This document shows positions 48,665 to 59,408 of a DNA stretch of 64,000 bases, one piece after another. Where the stretch lies: assembly GCA_016179685.1 (NCBI GenBank), contig JACPCR010000051.1, forward strand, positions 137,965 through 201,964. Direction: 5' to 3'. Numbering within the stretch: position 1 is the stretch's first letter; each line of letters opens with the position of its first letter. A program made the translations under genes and the position numbers. The stretch is from Planctomycetota bacterium. GTDB lineage: Bacteria > Planctomycetota > PUPC01 > JACPCR01. Below the pieces are notes generated by a model, which had not been told where the DNA came from, searched no databases, and saw only the letters and a program-made list of their open reading frames with translations.

Positions 48665-51070
48665 ATGCGACTGACATACTTCGCCCTTCCACTGGTGTTG
48701 AGCCTGTTCGGTCCCGCAGCGGCAACAAGGGCCATTGACGCCGCGGAGTGGAAACTGGCTTTTGAGGAAAGCTTCGACGACCCTGGCTGGCAGGGCAGAT
48801 GGGAGCTGAAGGGCGGCCTCGGGCCCACCGACCAGAAAGCCCTGCTGAGCAGCGGCAGGGAGCTCCGCGCAAAGCTGAACACGAAATTCACCTCGGCGGC
48901 GATACGGGTGGAGTTCGACGCTGCCATGACGGCAGCCGACGACGCCGGCCAGTGCAGCGACCTCTCCGTCTTCGTCGGTGATGTCTTCTTCCAATTCGGC
49001 GGCGAAAACAACACGCAAACGATCATCCAGTGCGATCGCCAGACGCTTTCCATTCCCGAGCCGGACCCGCCGAAGATCGAAGTCGGCCAGACTTACCGCG
49101 TCGCCGCGGAAGTCAACGGCGTTTACTGCACGTTGTCCGTCGACGGTCGAACCGCCGCGAAGCTCGTCCTGGAAAAGCCCCTCGCCGAGGCGACCGTCGT
49201 GCTCTACACGTGGAGTGGAAAAGCTCGATTCGACGACCTCCGCATTCTCATCAGCGCGCAGGTCGATCCACTCCCGGCCGACCTTCCGCGGCTTATCGAC
49301 GATGAGCAGCGGAAGGCCGAAGCCGAGGAGGCCTGGCGGCAAATCAAGACTTCTACCTTCCGCCAGTTGCGCGTGGCGTCCACCATCCATTGCGTGGGCA
49401 TCGAATGGGACATCGAGGGCGACGGCAATCACAACGCCGCCTGCGCCGTCCGTTACCGCAAACAAGGCTCGCCCGACTGGAAAGCCGCCATGCCGCTCCT
49501 GCGCATCGACTATCGCGGCTGGTACAACCGCAAGGAGCACCGGGCCTTCCGCCACTTCAACATGCTCGCTGGAAGCATCCTGTTCCTCGACTCTGACGTC
49601 AACTACGAAATCGAGCTAAAAGCGACCGACCCCGACGGCGGAGAGGAGCAGAAAACCTTGACGAGCACCACACGCACGGAGCCTCGGCTGCCGCAGGCCA
49701 CCCGCACCTACCACGTCGCCCCCGGCAACGGCGGCGGCGTCGGCTCACAGGCCGATCCCTTCAGGGGCATCCAGGCCGCCGAAGCGGCAGCGCAGCCAGG
49801 CGATCTCTTCCTCCTGCACTCCGGTGAATATCCAGGCTGCACCTTGACCCAGCCGGGCGAACCGGGGCGACCCATCGCCTGGAAGGCCGCGGGCGACGGC
49901 CCAGTCGTCTTTCGCTCCTCCCTCGGGCTGAGCGCAAGCCATCTCTGGTTGGAGGGGCTGACTTTCGAGCCGACCACCGCGGAGGACTTCGGGGGAATCC
50001 GTGGCAAGCCCCAGGGCCTTCAGGAAATCGTCATCGTCCGCAACCTCTTCCGAAACTGCCGCTACGGGGTCTCCAACACCGAACGGGTCTGGAACGGCGC
50101 GGCGGATGCGCTCCACCGACACTGGACTATCGCCGACAACGTCCTTGAAGGCGGCCCGTTCACGGAGTATTTCGCTCGGCTCTACATGCTGGCCGACTCC
50201 GACATCTGCTACAACCGCATGACGACCACCTTTAACGGCAAGGGCGGCGACGGTATCGCCGTGCGCTTCTCCACGAACCTCGACCTCTATCACAACGACC
50301 TGCGCGACATCGAAGACGACTGCTTCGAGCCAGACTCCGCCTACGCCAACATCCGCATCTGGCGCAACCGGGGCATCAATCCGATTTACACCGCCGTCAG
50401 CTTTCAGCCCATGCTTTGCTCGCCCTGGTACATCGTGCAGAACGAGTTTGTCCTGACGCAGCCGAAACGCCTCGGCTTGCTCCTGAAAGCCAACGTGTTT
50501 GACCGCACCGTGCTGGCGAATAACACCTTCGTCATGCGGGCACGATATGCACAGGTCCACGCCGACATCATGCTCCGGTCCGTCTCCCGCAACAACCTCT
50601 GGGTTCACCTTTACGACAATCCCTACGAGCACACGACGAACCCCGGCGGCGCCATCTGGTTGGGCTACGGAGACCAGCATCCCGACCAGCGCTACGAAAT
50701 CCACGGCCAGAGGCTGCCGGACTGGAAGACGGAGGCGGACTACGACGGCTTTGCCTGGGACTGCGCCGAGTACCGGCCCTTTTGGTGGGCCTCCCAGCAG
50801 TATCCCGACCTTCAGTCCTTCTCAAAGGACGTCGGCATCGAGCAGCACGGAAAATTTCTCAAGATGGATGAACTCTTCGAGGTTCCCGACATCGTGGCCT
50901 ACGCCTTGGAGTCCTACTCCGCCCGGCGCTTGACGCTCAAGCCCGGCAGCCCCGCCATCGACGCCGGCGCTGCGCTTCCCAACCTGGCGGAGGATTTTGA
51001 GGGCGAGGCGCCCGACCTCGGCGCTTACGAGTTCGGCCGCCCGCCTTGGCACTTCGGACCCCGACCCTGA
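48665..51070 (+). CDS. Exported right-handed beta-helix (pectin-lyase-like) protein with N-terminal lectin-like and Fn3-like domains
   Basis: Signal peptide, STIHCVGIEW..VRYRK Fn3-like, AQPGDLFLLHSG, DDCFEPD, NIRIWRN, SPAIDAG..APDLGAYE. Confidence 0.85.
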   Translation: MRLTYFALPLVLSLFGPAAATRAIDAAEWKLAFEESFDDPGWQGRWELKGGLGPTDQKALLSSGRELRAKLNTKFTSAAIRVEFDAAMTAADDAGQCSDLSVFVGDVFFQFGGENNTQTIIQCDRQTLSIPEPDPPKIEVGQTYRVAAEVNGVYCTLSVDGRTAAKLVLEKPLAEATVVLYTWSGKARFDDLRILISAQVDPLPADLPRLIDDEQRKAEAEEAWRQIKTSTFRQLRVASTIHCVGIEWDIEGDGNHNAACAVRYRKQGSPDWKAAMPLLRIDYRGWYNRKEHRAFRHFNMLAGSILFLDSDVNYEIELKATDPDGGEEQKTLTSTTRTEPRLPQATRTYHVAPGNGGGVGSQADPFRGIQAAEAAAQPGDLFLLHSGEYPGCTLTQPGEPGRPIAWKAAGDGPVVFRSSLGLSASHLWLEGLTFEPTTAEDFGGIRGKPQGLQEIVIVRNLFRNCRYGVSNTERVWNGAADALHRHWTIADNVLEGGPFTEYFARLYMLADSDICYNRMTTTFNGKGGDGIAVRFSTNLDLYHNDLRDIEDDCFEPDSAYANIRIWRNRGINPIYTAVSFQPMLCSPWYIVQNEFVLTQPKRLGLLLKANVFDRTVLANNTFVMRARYAQVHADIMLRSVSRNNLWVHLYDNPYEHTTNPGGAIWLGYGDQHPDQRYEIHGQRLPDWKTEADYDGFAWDCAEYRPFWWASQQYPDLQSFSKDVGIEQHGKFLKMDELFEVPDIVAYALESYSARRLTLKPGSPAIDAGAALPNLAEDFEGEAPDLGAYEFGRPPWHFGPRP

Positions 51071-51176
51071 GTTAAGAAGACGGCCATCCTATGGCTATCC
51101 TGTTTCCAAATAGTTAAGTTCGAATGGCTCTTGAATTCCGCCTCCCTCCCGCAGGGATCCCGCTTGGGAAACGGGA

Positions 51177-51291
51177 CCCCTCCCACAGGGACAGGTTTGG
51201 GAGGGGTGAAACAGGAAAGCCCAGGCCAAGTCCGCCTCAGCTAGTTTCCCGGTTCAGAAGTGCTCCCGCACTTCGAAACCGGGAAACTAGC
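51177..51291. repeat. Composite repeat (family C hairpin + family A palindrome)
   Basis: cccctccc..gggagggg 51177-51206 and agcccaggccaagtccgcc 51218-51236 (also at 23492-23510), then family A IR 51240-51291. Confidence 0.8.
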
Positions 51292-53163
51292 CGACGCCTC
51301 GTGAGCTTTCTTCCTTCCTGCGCCGCTCACGTCAATCGGCGCGATGCCCAGCGTCAACGCCGGGGAATCGGGCTTGAAACGGTAGTCGCCATGCGCAACA
51401 TCCACGAAAAGAGGATCGCCCACCAACGAGTCGCCGGGCGCCCCTTGCGATGTCCCCGCTGGGCTATAGTCCTTCAACTCCACGCCTTCAATCTGTCGGC
51501 TTCCTGAAAAGAACACGTTCTTGGACCAGGTTGCGACGGCCCCCGGATTGTCGATCCGGATTTTCCCGGTCGCACAGATGACGTTCCTCTCAAGCGTGAA
51601 TTCGGAGGACCGGGGAAAGGTCAGCTTTGCCTCCCCTTCCACGAGAAACACGTTTCCCCGGATGACGTTGCTCTTGGCCATGTGGTTATGTGAGGGACGG
51701 TTCACTCGGAGCGACAGGTTGCCTTCCACCAGGCAATTCTCCGCCTGCTCGTCCAAATAGTAAGCCGAAGCGCCGTAACCGCCCGTCTCGATGATGTCAC
51801 GGATGATGTTTTGCCGGAGCGTGACGCCTTTGCAGAAGGTGATGTAGATGCCTGCGCCGTCGTGCAGCGCCTCCATGGCCTTGTAAATCAGGTTGCGCTC
51901 GATGCGGTGGTCATGGCCCCCGCCCGCGATGGCCGTGTAAGGCGTGTCGTGAATCTCGTTGTGGCTGACTTCCGCCCTCTCCCCATGAATCCACACCCCG
52001 ATCGCGCTCGGATAGAGAACGCCGACGTGGTGAACGTGGTTGTTCGTGACGACCGAATCCAAGCCATCCACCTTCATGCCGCACGCGCCGACCTCTCTGG
52101 TCTCGCAGTTTTCGATGCGCACGCCCCGGCATCCCCAGGCCTTGATGCCTTGCCCGCCGACGTTGAAGACGGTCAACTCTGAGGCCCTGCACTGCCGAGC
52201 AAAGGCCATCGAGACGGCCCCGTCGAAAGCGTTCGCGCCAAAGCCGCCAGCCTTCAGCGGCGTGTGAGTCACCGAGAGCGTTAATCCTTTCAGCGTCACG
52301 TCCCGCACCGGTGTTTCCTTAGTGCCTTTGAGGCGGAAAATGGACTCCACCGTCGGGGCGATGGCGTCTGCGTTCGTCATGTCTTCGTTCGGCAACGGCC
52401 AATAAACGACCTTTCCCGCGGCTCGGTCCAGATACCATTGGCCCGGCGCTTTCATTCCTTCCCGGACGTTCCAGACCACGTATTTCTTGACACCGAACGC
52501 GCCCGGCGGATGCCCGGAAGGCAAGGAAAACTTCAGCGTTTGCGTGACCGCGTCATGCGATGCCAGCCCCACGCAGGATTCGTCCCACATATGGTACACG
52601 GTGATTTCCGCGTTGAAGATGTCGAGCCACGGGCCGAGGTCCCCGAGCTTGTATTTCATGGTCGTCAGTTCTTCTTCCGTGGGCTTGCGCTGCCATCCGC
52701 CACCGGTCGTGCTCATCCACGGCACCTTGAATTCCGTCAAGTGAGTGAAAAGGCCATTTTCGGGAAGGCGGGCGCGAAGACAAAATCGACCATTCACCAC
52801 AAGCATTCGGAAATCCCACTTTCGTTCCTTCGCTTCGGGTACGCCTGCAGACCAGAAACGGTCGCCATCCTTTTGCCAGCCCGTGAGGCGCCTGCCGCCA
52901 AAAAGATGAACCCTTTCGCCGGCAGCGGCTTCGAGACTCAGACCCGAATCTTCGGGGCCCAGTTCCAGCGTGGATTCGAGGAAGTATTGGCCGCCTTTCA
53001 TCACCATGCGGGCTTCCCCGGATTCGCCAGCCTTTCGAAGTGCTCGAACCGCGTCCCTGGCCCGGCCAAGTGTAGCGAACGGCCCATCCGTCCCCCGCCG
53101 GATCGGTGACTCCAAGCGGCCCGACCACGCATCGTTCCCATCGGTCGAAACGTAAAACGTCAT
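51241..53163 (-). CDS. Right-handed beta-helix protein, GH141-like, no signal peptide
   Basis: FYVSTDGNDAWSG..DGPFATL.RAR, ARLP, PGQWYLD, YTAI, DGAGIY, YLDE, DPLF..DYRFKPDSPA. RBS GAGGTG before ATG 53163. Confidence 0.88.
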   Translation of the reverse strand: MTFYVSTDGNDAWSGRLESPIRRGTDGPFATLGRARDAVRALRKAGESGEARMVMKGGQYFLESTLELGPEDSGLSLEAAAGERVHLFGGRRLTGWQKDGDRFWSAGVPEAKERKWDFRMLVVNGRFCLRARLPENGLFTHLTEFKVPWMSTTGGGWQRKPTEEELTTMKYKLGDLGPWLDIFNAEITVYHMWDESCVGLASHDAVTQTLKFSLPSGHPPGAFGVKKYVVWNVREGMKAPGQWYLDRAAGKVVYWPLPNEDMTNADAIAPTVESIFRLKGTKETPVRDVTLKGLTLSVTHTPLKAGGFGANAFDGAVSMAFARQCRASELTVFNVGGQGIKAWGCRGVRIENCETREVGACGMKVDGLDSVVTNNHVHHVGVLYPSAIGVWIHGERAEVSHNEIHDTPYTAIAGGGHDHRIERNLIYKAMEALHDGAGIYITFCKGVTLRQNIIRDIIETGGYGASAYYLDEQAENCLVEGNLSLRVNRPSHNHMAKSNVIRGNVFLVEGEAKLTFPRSSEFTLERNVICATGKIRIDNPGAVATWSKNVFFSGSRQIEGVELKDYSPAGTSQGAPGDSLVGDPLFVDVAHGDYRFKPDSPALTLGIAPIDVSGAGRKKAHEASASFPVSKCGSTSEPGN

Positions 53164-53324
53164 CTTTCACACCTCAAGAGCGAGATTGGGTGACCCGGGA
53201 GATGGACCGCATCGCATGGGATTTCTGCACTCACGTTCAAGTTCTTGGAGTCTTGCGTCGGCCATGCGCAAGGTATAACCTGTTTCTTGGCGGACGTCAG
53301 CTAAAAAGTTGAGGTTCTGTCACC

Positions 53325-56300
53325 ATGAAATCCACGGCGCAGCGATCCCACCCGTTTCTGTTGTCGATGCTCGCTTTGCTTTCCGCGGTCACCGCCGCCG
53401 CCGCGGAGGAGCCTGTCGAGGCGCTACTCGTACGGGCGCGCTCGGGCGAGCCTTTCGACCGCGCGGCGGCCATCGCCGCGCTCGGCTCGAGCCCGTCGCC
53501 CGAGTCGCTCAAGGTCCTGGCGGACATCCTTCGATCTGAGCCGCGGGCCGGCCTGCGGCTTCTCGCCCTGGACGCCTTGGCCGCGCGCAATGACCGCTCC
53601 GTCCTCCTCGAGAATCTTCCGCCGCTGCTCCAGGATGCCAATCCGTCCATCCGACACGCGGCCGCGTTCCGGCTCTCCGCCCTGGCGACTCCGGCGGACA
53701 CGGCAATGCTTCCCGCCCTTGTCGCGGCAATTCGGGATGAGGATGCCCAGGTCCGGCTCGCTGCCGCGGACGGCCTGATCAAGCTCGGAGCGGCCGGGTC
53801 CCAAGCCCTCGTGCCCGCTCTCGAGTCGCCCGATGAGGCTCTTCAGGCCAAGGCCCTGAGCGCGCTCTCCAAGAATCCCGTCCCGGAATCGGCGCCGGCG
53901 CTCTTCACGCTGGCTCGCCAAGGCGGCAGCCCCACCCTCCGTCTCGCCGCCCATCAGGCGCTGGGCCGCCTGGAGTGCGGCATGCGGCTACTCGCTCTCG
54001 TTCATGCTCTTAAGGACGATCAGCCCATACGCCTCTGGGCCGCTGCGGCCGCGGCCGATCCCTGGGTTCAAGCCCTGACCCCCGAAAAAATACAGAAATG
54101 GATCGTCAGCCGGCCCGGCAACGATGCTGGCCTCGAAAACTTGCCGAAGCTGCTGATTCCATCTCCTGGCAGCTTGCTGCTTTCCCGTGCCCTTGCCGAA
54201 GACTCGAGTCCGGAGGTGCGCCAGACGGCCGCGGAAAGCCTCGCCCGATATGGCGAACAGGCCCAGAAGGCCCTCCTCTCTGCCGCCCTTTTTGAAGGCG
54301 AAGAAATGGGTGTCCGCTTGAAAACCCTGGCCTCCCTCGGCATCGCTGGCCAGACCTACGCCGTCCCGTTCCTCCGGTTTCTCGCCACTTTTGCCCAGGA
54401 GAAAGACATCCGGAAGGCTGCGGGCCAGGCGCTCGATGCCGTGCAGAAGCGTCTCCCCCAGAGCGCAACCGGAGTGACCCCAACGATGCCGAGTCTGCCT
54501 TCATCATTGTCCCGTGAAGAGGTACAGCGTTCCTCGGGCGACCCGGACGACCGTGTGAAGCTGCTCGCGGTCCAGGCAGCGCCCTCCGCAGCGCACACAC
54601 CGGGGGACCGTGAGGCGCTCTTCAAGCTTGTTCTCAAAATCGTCGAGGATGGACATCGCCGGGCTGCGGAGACTTCCCTTTTCCCGGATGCCGGTAGGAT
54701 TCTTTTCCAGCGTGCCGCGAAGAGGTCCGCCCAGCGCCTCCTCGAGGACGCGGCCCGGGAGGAGCGGGAAAGCGCCAGGGGCGACGCAGGCCCGGCGGCA
54801 GGTCAGTCTAACGATAAGTTGTTCCGAATGGGTCTCAAGGCCTGTGACCCGGAACTCCGCCTGTCGGCCTTCTGGTCCATGAGCCATCGGCCTTTCGCCG
54901 ACCTCTGGCCCACACTCGCCGGGATTCTCCGAAATCCAGAGGAAGATGCCCATCTCCGGGCCGCCGCGGCCCGGAGAATCCGCCTCGAAGCGGAAGCCCT
55001 CGAACGGTCGAACCGGGAGTTTTCCCACGACGGCAGCAGTTCAGCAAGGGACGCTTCGGGCGGCCCCGGGGAGACGGTTCTCCTTCCTGACCCCGTCATG
55101 GCATTGTTGCTCCGTCTCCTGGAAGACGCTGAGGATGAGGTGCGCTATCAAGCCCGTGGCGCCCTGCGGGCGCTTTCGGGTCAGGACTACCGGTTCGATC
55201 GCCAGCGGTGGAAGGCGTGGGCTGAGAGCCGGCGGAACGGCGGAAGCCGTGAAGTGGTCCTTCACCCCGTTTCCGGAAGCTGGGGGCAGGAAATCGTTTT
55301 CGAGCCCATGGGACGCGCTCTTCTCTCCTTCGGCCGGCCCGCCGACGTGGCCGTCCGCGGCGACTGGGCCTACGTCGCCGAGGGCGAGGGCGGCGTCGGC
55401 GTCTATGACCTTTCCGATGCGGCGGGTCCTCGCTTGGCGGACCGCTACGTCACGTTCGTCCCGGGCCACCTGACGGAAGCGCACAGTTGGGCTCGCAACG
55501 CCAACGGCGTTTGCAGCCAGATCGTCCTCGAGGGCGACCGCGCCTACCTCATCGCGCAGCACTCGGGCTTCGCCGTCGGCGGCGTCGAGTTGACGGCCCT
55601 GGATATCTCCCAGCCGGGCCGGCTGCGCTACGCTGGCGGCTTTCCGACCACCCATGGCAGTGCGATGCACGCCCGCATCGCCGCCCGGGGCAACCTCGTC
55701 TTCTCCGCCCAGGGCGCTTCCATCGTCCTGTATGACTTCACGGAGGCCGCGCGGGCCATGCCAGTCGGCTCGTTCCAGGCGGGCGCGGAGGTCGCCGCCC
55801 TCGCGGCCGCACAGCCTGCCTTTGTCCTCTTCGGCGAGGGCGGCAACGGCCTTCGGGCACTCGATGTCTCCGATCCCGCGAAGCCTCAAGCCCGCGGCCA
55901 CTACACGCCGGCTGGAAAGGTCGCCGCCCTGCTCGTCCAGGGCGACCGCGTCGCCGCCGGAACGGAGAAGAACGGCCTGCACCTTCTGAAATTGCTCGCC
56001 GACGGGGGCCTCGAGGCCCAGGGCGTCCTGCCCCTCGATGCGCCCATCGTCTCCATCGCCGGGGAGGGCAGCGTCCTTTACCTGAGCACGCCTGCCGGCG
56101 TCCGGGCCGTGGACGTGTCGAGCCGGGACGCCCCGCGCAGGATCGAGCCCGCGCTCGAAGCGCTTCGGGGCGTGCGCCTCGCCTCGTGGCGCGACCGCGC
56201 GGTCGCCGCGGACCCCTTCACGGGCCTGGCGCGGCTCTCCTGGCTGGAAAAGGGCTGGGAGCACCTGCCCGGCAGCGGTCCCCCGGCCGAGGCCAGGGAC

Positions 56301-59300
56301 CTCGAGATACGGGCAGGGTACGCCGTCGTTGCCGCCGGAGAGGCCGGCCTGCTTCTCTACGACCTGCGCCAGCTTGCCGAGCCTCGCCTCGTGCAGCGCG
56401 TCCCCATCCCCGGTCAGGCCTGGCGAGTGACCCTCCAGGGCGATACGGCCTTCGTTGCCGCCGGCGCCGGCGGCCTCGCCGCCGTGAATGTTGCCGACCC
56501 GGCACAGCCCGGGCCGCCCGTCTCCATTCCGGTCCAGGTTCTCATCGGCAAGGAAGGCGGCGAGGTCAGGGACGTCTTCATCGAAGGGGGTAAGGCCTAC
56601 CTGGCCGTCGACCGGGCGGGTCTCGTCGTGGCCGATCTCACGGACCCGGCGAGGCCCCGGCCGCTGGGACAACTTGTGTTCGACGATGAGCGGGCCACGC
56701 CCCGCGCCATCGACGTCCGCCAGGGGCTCGCCGCCGTCGCCTGCGGGCGGGCCGGCCTCTATCTTGTCGACGTGTCGGACCCGGCCGCGCCCCGCCTCTT
56801 CTCGTGGTTCTGGGACGAGGACGGCCACCGCCGGATGAGCACCTGGGACGCTCGAATCGAAGGCCAACGGGTCTTTCTCGCCGATGCGGACCGCGGGCTG
56901 CTTGTCCTGGACATTTCCGACCCGCGGAAACCCAGGCTGGCGGGGCGCACCGGCGCCGGCAACGCCCACCAGGTCGCCTGCCGAGGTCCCCTCGCCCTCA
57001 TCGCGGACGGCGGATACGGCCTGCGCGCCATCGACGCCTCGGACCCCGCCAGTCCGAGACGGGCGGGCAGCTTCCACCACGAACGCGCCCGATTCCAGGC
57101 CGCTCGATTCCTGGACGACGACACCCTCGCCGCCGCCGGCACGTGGGAGGTCCGTACCTTCCACATCGCCCAGCGCGGTCTTCCCCTTCGCACCGCCTTC
57201 TCGCTCAGCGCGGACGGGTCACCCACGCCCATCCTCAGCCGGAAAGGCAAGTCTCTCCCGCCCGAGGACGTACCCACTCGATACGGCATCGACTTCACCC
57301 TCCTGGACGCCGGACAGGACATCTGCGGCGAGGGCTATCCGGACCGGAGCGATCCCGGTCATCGCCTCCGCCCGGTCTTTCAGGACCTCTCCGACGCGGC
57401 GGGCTGGCCGCGGACTCGGGTCGCTTCCGGCTCGGTGGCCGTGGACCCGCGCCTCGGCCGAATCAAGTTTCCCGACGGCGACAACGACCCGTGCCGCTTC
57501 ATGGGCTGGACGCCGCTTCCGATGGGCATCTGCCACACCGTGCGTCTCTCCGGCGATCACGTCTTCCTGAGCGACGAAGAGGGGTGGAACATCGCCCTGT
57601 GGGATATTTCCGGCGACCCACTCAAGCCGGTTCGACGGGGCCTCTGCTGCACCGGCGGCTTCTGCATCGGCGCCCTCTGGGTGCAGGGCAACCTCGCCAT
57701 CGGCGGCAATAACATGGGCCGCTTCACCCTCTTCGACGTGTCCGAGCCGGACCGACCCGTCCCCGTCGGCTGGTTTCCCGGCAACGCCCGCTGCGTCGTC
57801 GCCAGCGGCCACTATGCCTTCGACATCAGCGGACAGCTCGTGGCCTGGGACATCTCCGATCCCCGCAAGCCCCGCAAGGCCGCCGAGGTCACCGACGGCT
57901 CCCTGGCGCTCTCGATGACCGGAAGCCATGCGAACCCGCAGGTCCTGGCGACGGACCGTCACCTCATCGGCGCGGGCGGGAAGGGCTTGCGCGTGATCGA
58001 TCTTGCGGACATGCCTCATCTGAAGCTCCTGGCGGACCATCCCATCCCGGCCACGTGCCTCGCGCTCGACGGCAGCCGCCTCTATGCGGGCGACGGCGGC
58101 ACGGTGCGCGTCTATGACTTTTCGGACCCGCAGAGGCCCCTGCTGCTGGGGCGGTGCGTGCTGCCGGAGCACTTCAAGTGCCTCGCGGTCGATGGAAACA
58201 CCCTCTACGCCGGATATTACGCCCTGCAAGTCATCGACGTTTCTGACCCCTCGGCCCCGCACCTCCTCGGCCGATGCCCACAGGTCAATTTCTATACCGG
58301 AAACACGGAGCAAAATGCCGTTTACTCCATTGTCGCACGCGGCCGGGCCGTTTACGCCGCACAGCCCGGCTGGGGCCTCGCCGTCTACGACGTGTCCGAT
58401 CGGGCGAATCCCAGGCCCGTGCGAGGCGATACGCTCCAGACGCTGGCCATGGGCGGGGACTACACCGGCATCACCGTCCGAGGAAACCGGGCCTTCTCCG
58501 CCAACAACTGGAGCGGGGTACGCGTCGTCGACATCTCGGACCCCGCGCGTCCGAGATTCGAATTCAGCACGAAGTACCACGACAGCGGGGCGAGCCTCGG
58601 CGTCGCCGCCAACGACGAGATTTTCATCTATCACTCCGCAACCACCGGCAACATGGTCTTCGATTATCGGGACCCGCGGGACATCCGGGAGGTCGGGCGG
58701 CCACAGCCGCAGCCGCAGCCGCCCGCAGGCTGGGGCAACGCGGGCAGCCGACACTTCTGCCTCCGGGGCAACTACGCTTACGGCGGCGGCGTCATCCTCG
58801 ACCTCACCTGCCCCAGCCGGCCCGAAGAGATTGCCACTTTCCCGTCCGCCAGCGCCGGCGCCCTTTCCGGCGACTGTTTCTATACCTGGGGCACGGTCGT
58901 CGACGTCCGCCAGCCCTATAACCCGAGGGTCCTCGCGGGCACGCCCGCCCTGCACGGCGGCGGGTGGTACGGCCGCGGCTTCTACGCCTCCCGCGGGATT
59001 GCCTGCTCGACGAACCGTGCCGGTCTGCTGATCACGGACGTATCCGACCCGGCGCGACCGCGGCTGCTCGCCTGCCTGTCACTTCCCCATCTCACGTGCG
59101 ACGTCTGGATGCAGGGCCATCTGGCCTACGTCGCCACTTACTATGGCGGCGGCGACGTACTGGACTTATCGGACCCCGCGCGGCCGAAGCTCATCGACCA
59201 TTTCGAGTTCGGTCCCTTCTGGGACTTCGGCGGCTGGGACAACCTCGTCTGCTATCAGAGCGCAGCCATCGACGGCGACTACCTCTGTGCCAACGAGTAT

Positions 59301-59393
59301 TACAGCGGGTTGCACGTGATCGACGTGCCTACCGCCGCGGTCGTGCCACGGGGCCGCCTGGCCCTCCGCCTCTCCGGCGCCCACCCGCACTAA
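53325..59393 (+). CDS. Exported 2022-aa HEAT-repeat + LVIVD-repeat protein
   Basis: Signal peptide, HEAT units (DEDAQVRLAAADGL, DSSPEVRQTAAESL), more than 20 LVIVD units (GLLVLDISDPRKP, GLYLVDVSDPAAP, GLHVIDV). Confidence 0.9.
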   Translation: MKSTAQRSHPFLLSMLALLSAVTAAAAEEPVEALLVRARSGEPFDRAAAIAALGSSPSPESLKVLADILRSEPRAGLRLLALDALAARNDRSVLLENLPPLLQDANPSIRHAAAFRLSALATPADTAMLPALVAAIRDEDAQVRLAAADGLIKLGAAGSQALVPALESPDEALQAKALSALSKNPVPESAPALFTLARQGGSPTLRLAAHQALGRLECGMRLLALVHALKDDQPIRLWAAAAAADPWVQALTPEKIQKWIVSRPGNDAGLENLPKLLIPSPGSLLLSRALAEDSSPEVRQTAAESLARYGEQAQKALLSAALFEGEEMGVRLKTLASLGIAGQTYAVPFLRFLATFAQEKDIRKAAGQALDAVQKRLPQSATGVTPTMPSLPSSLSREEVQRSSGDPDDRVKLLAVQAAPSAAHTPGDREALFKLVLKIVEDGHRRAAETSLFPDAGRILFQRAAKRSAQRLLEDAAREERESARGDAGPAAGQSNDKLFRMGLKACDPELRLSAFWSMSHRPFADLWPTLAGILRNPEEDAHLRAAAARRIRLEAEALERSNREFSHDGSSSARDASGGPGETVLLPDPVMALLLRLLEDAEDEVRYQARGALRALSGQDYRFDRQRWKAWAESRRNGGSREVVLHPVSGSWGQEIVFEPMGRALLSFGRPADVAVRGDWAYVAEGEGGVGVYDLSDAAGPRLADRYVTFVPGHLTEAHSWARNANGVCSQIVLEGDRAYLIAQHSGFAVGGVELTALDISQPGRLRYAGGFPTTHGSAMHARIAARGNLVFSAQGASIVLYDFTEAARAMPVGSFQAGAEVAALAAAQPAFVLFGEGGNGLRALDVSDPAKPQARGHYTPAGKVAALLVQGDRVAAGTEKNGLHLLKLLADGGLEAQGVLPLDAPIVSIAGEGSVLYLSTPAGVRAVDVSSRDAPRRIEPALEALRGVRLASWRDRAVAADPFTGLARLSWLEKGWEHLPGSGPPAEARDLEIRAGYAVVAAGEAGLLLYDLRQLAEPRLVQRVPIPGQAWRVTLQGDTAFVAAGAGGLAAVNVADPAQPGPPVSIPVQVLIGKEGGEVRDVFIEGGKAYLAVDRAGLVVADLTDPARPRPLGQLVFDDERATPRAIDVRQGLAAVACGRAGLYLVDVSDPAAPRLFSWFWDEDGHRRMSTWDARIEGQRVFLADADRGLLVLDISDPRKPRLAGRTGAGNAHQVACRGPLALIADGGYGLRAIDASDPASPRRAGSFHHERARFQAARFLDDDTLAAAGTWEVRTFHIAQRGLPLRTAFSLSADGSPTPILSRKGKSLPPEDVPTRYGIDFTLLDAGQDICGEGYPDRSDPGHRLRPVFQDLSDAAGWPRTRVASGSVAVDPRLGRIKFPDGDNDPCRFMGWTPLPMGICHTVRLSGDHVFLSDEEGWNIALWDISGDPLKPVRRGLCCTGGFCIGALWVQGNLAIGGNNMGRFTLFDVSEPDRPVPVGWFPGNARCVVASGHYAFDISGQLVAWDISDPRKPRKAAEVTDGSLALSMTGSHANPQVLATDRHLIGAGGKGLRVIDLADMPHLKLLADHPIPATCLALDGSRLYAGDGGTVRVYDFSDPQRPLLLGRCVLPEHFKCLAVDGNTLYAGYYALQVIDVSDPSAPHLLGRCPQVNFYTGNTEQNAVYSIVARGRAVYAAQPGWGLAVYDVSDRANPRPVRGDTLQTLAMGGDYTGITVRGNRAFSANNWSGVRVVDISDPARPRFEFSTKYHDSGASLGVAANDEIFIYHSATTGNMVFDYRDPRDIREVGRPQPQPQPPAGWGNAGSRHFCLRGNYAYGGGVILDLTCPSRPEEIATFPSASAGALSGDCFYTWGTVVDVRQPYNPRVLAGTPALHGGGWYGRGFYASRGIACSTNRAGLLITDVSDPARPRLLACLSLPHLTCDVWMQGHLAYVATYYGGGDVLDLSDPARPKLIDHFEFGPFWDFGGWDNLVCYQSAAIDGDYLCANEYYSGLHVIDVPTAAVVPRGRLALRLSGAHPH

Positions 59394-59408
59394 AGCATCG
59401 ACCCATGA

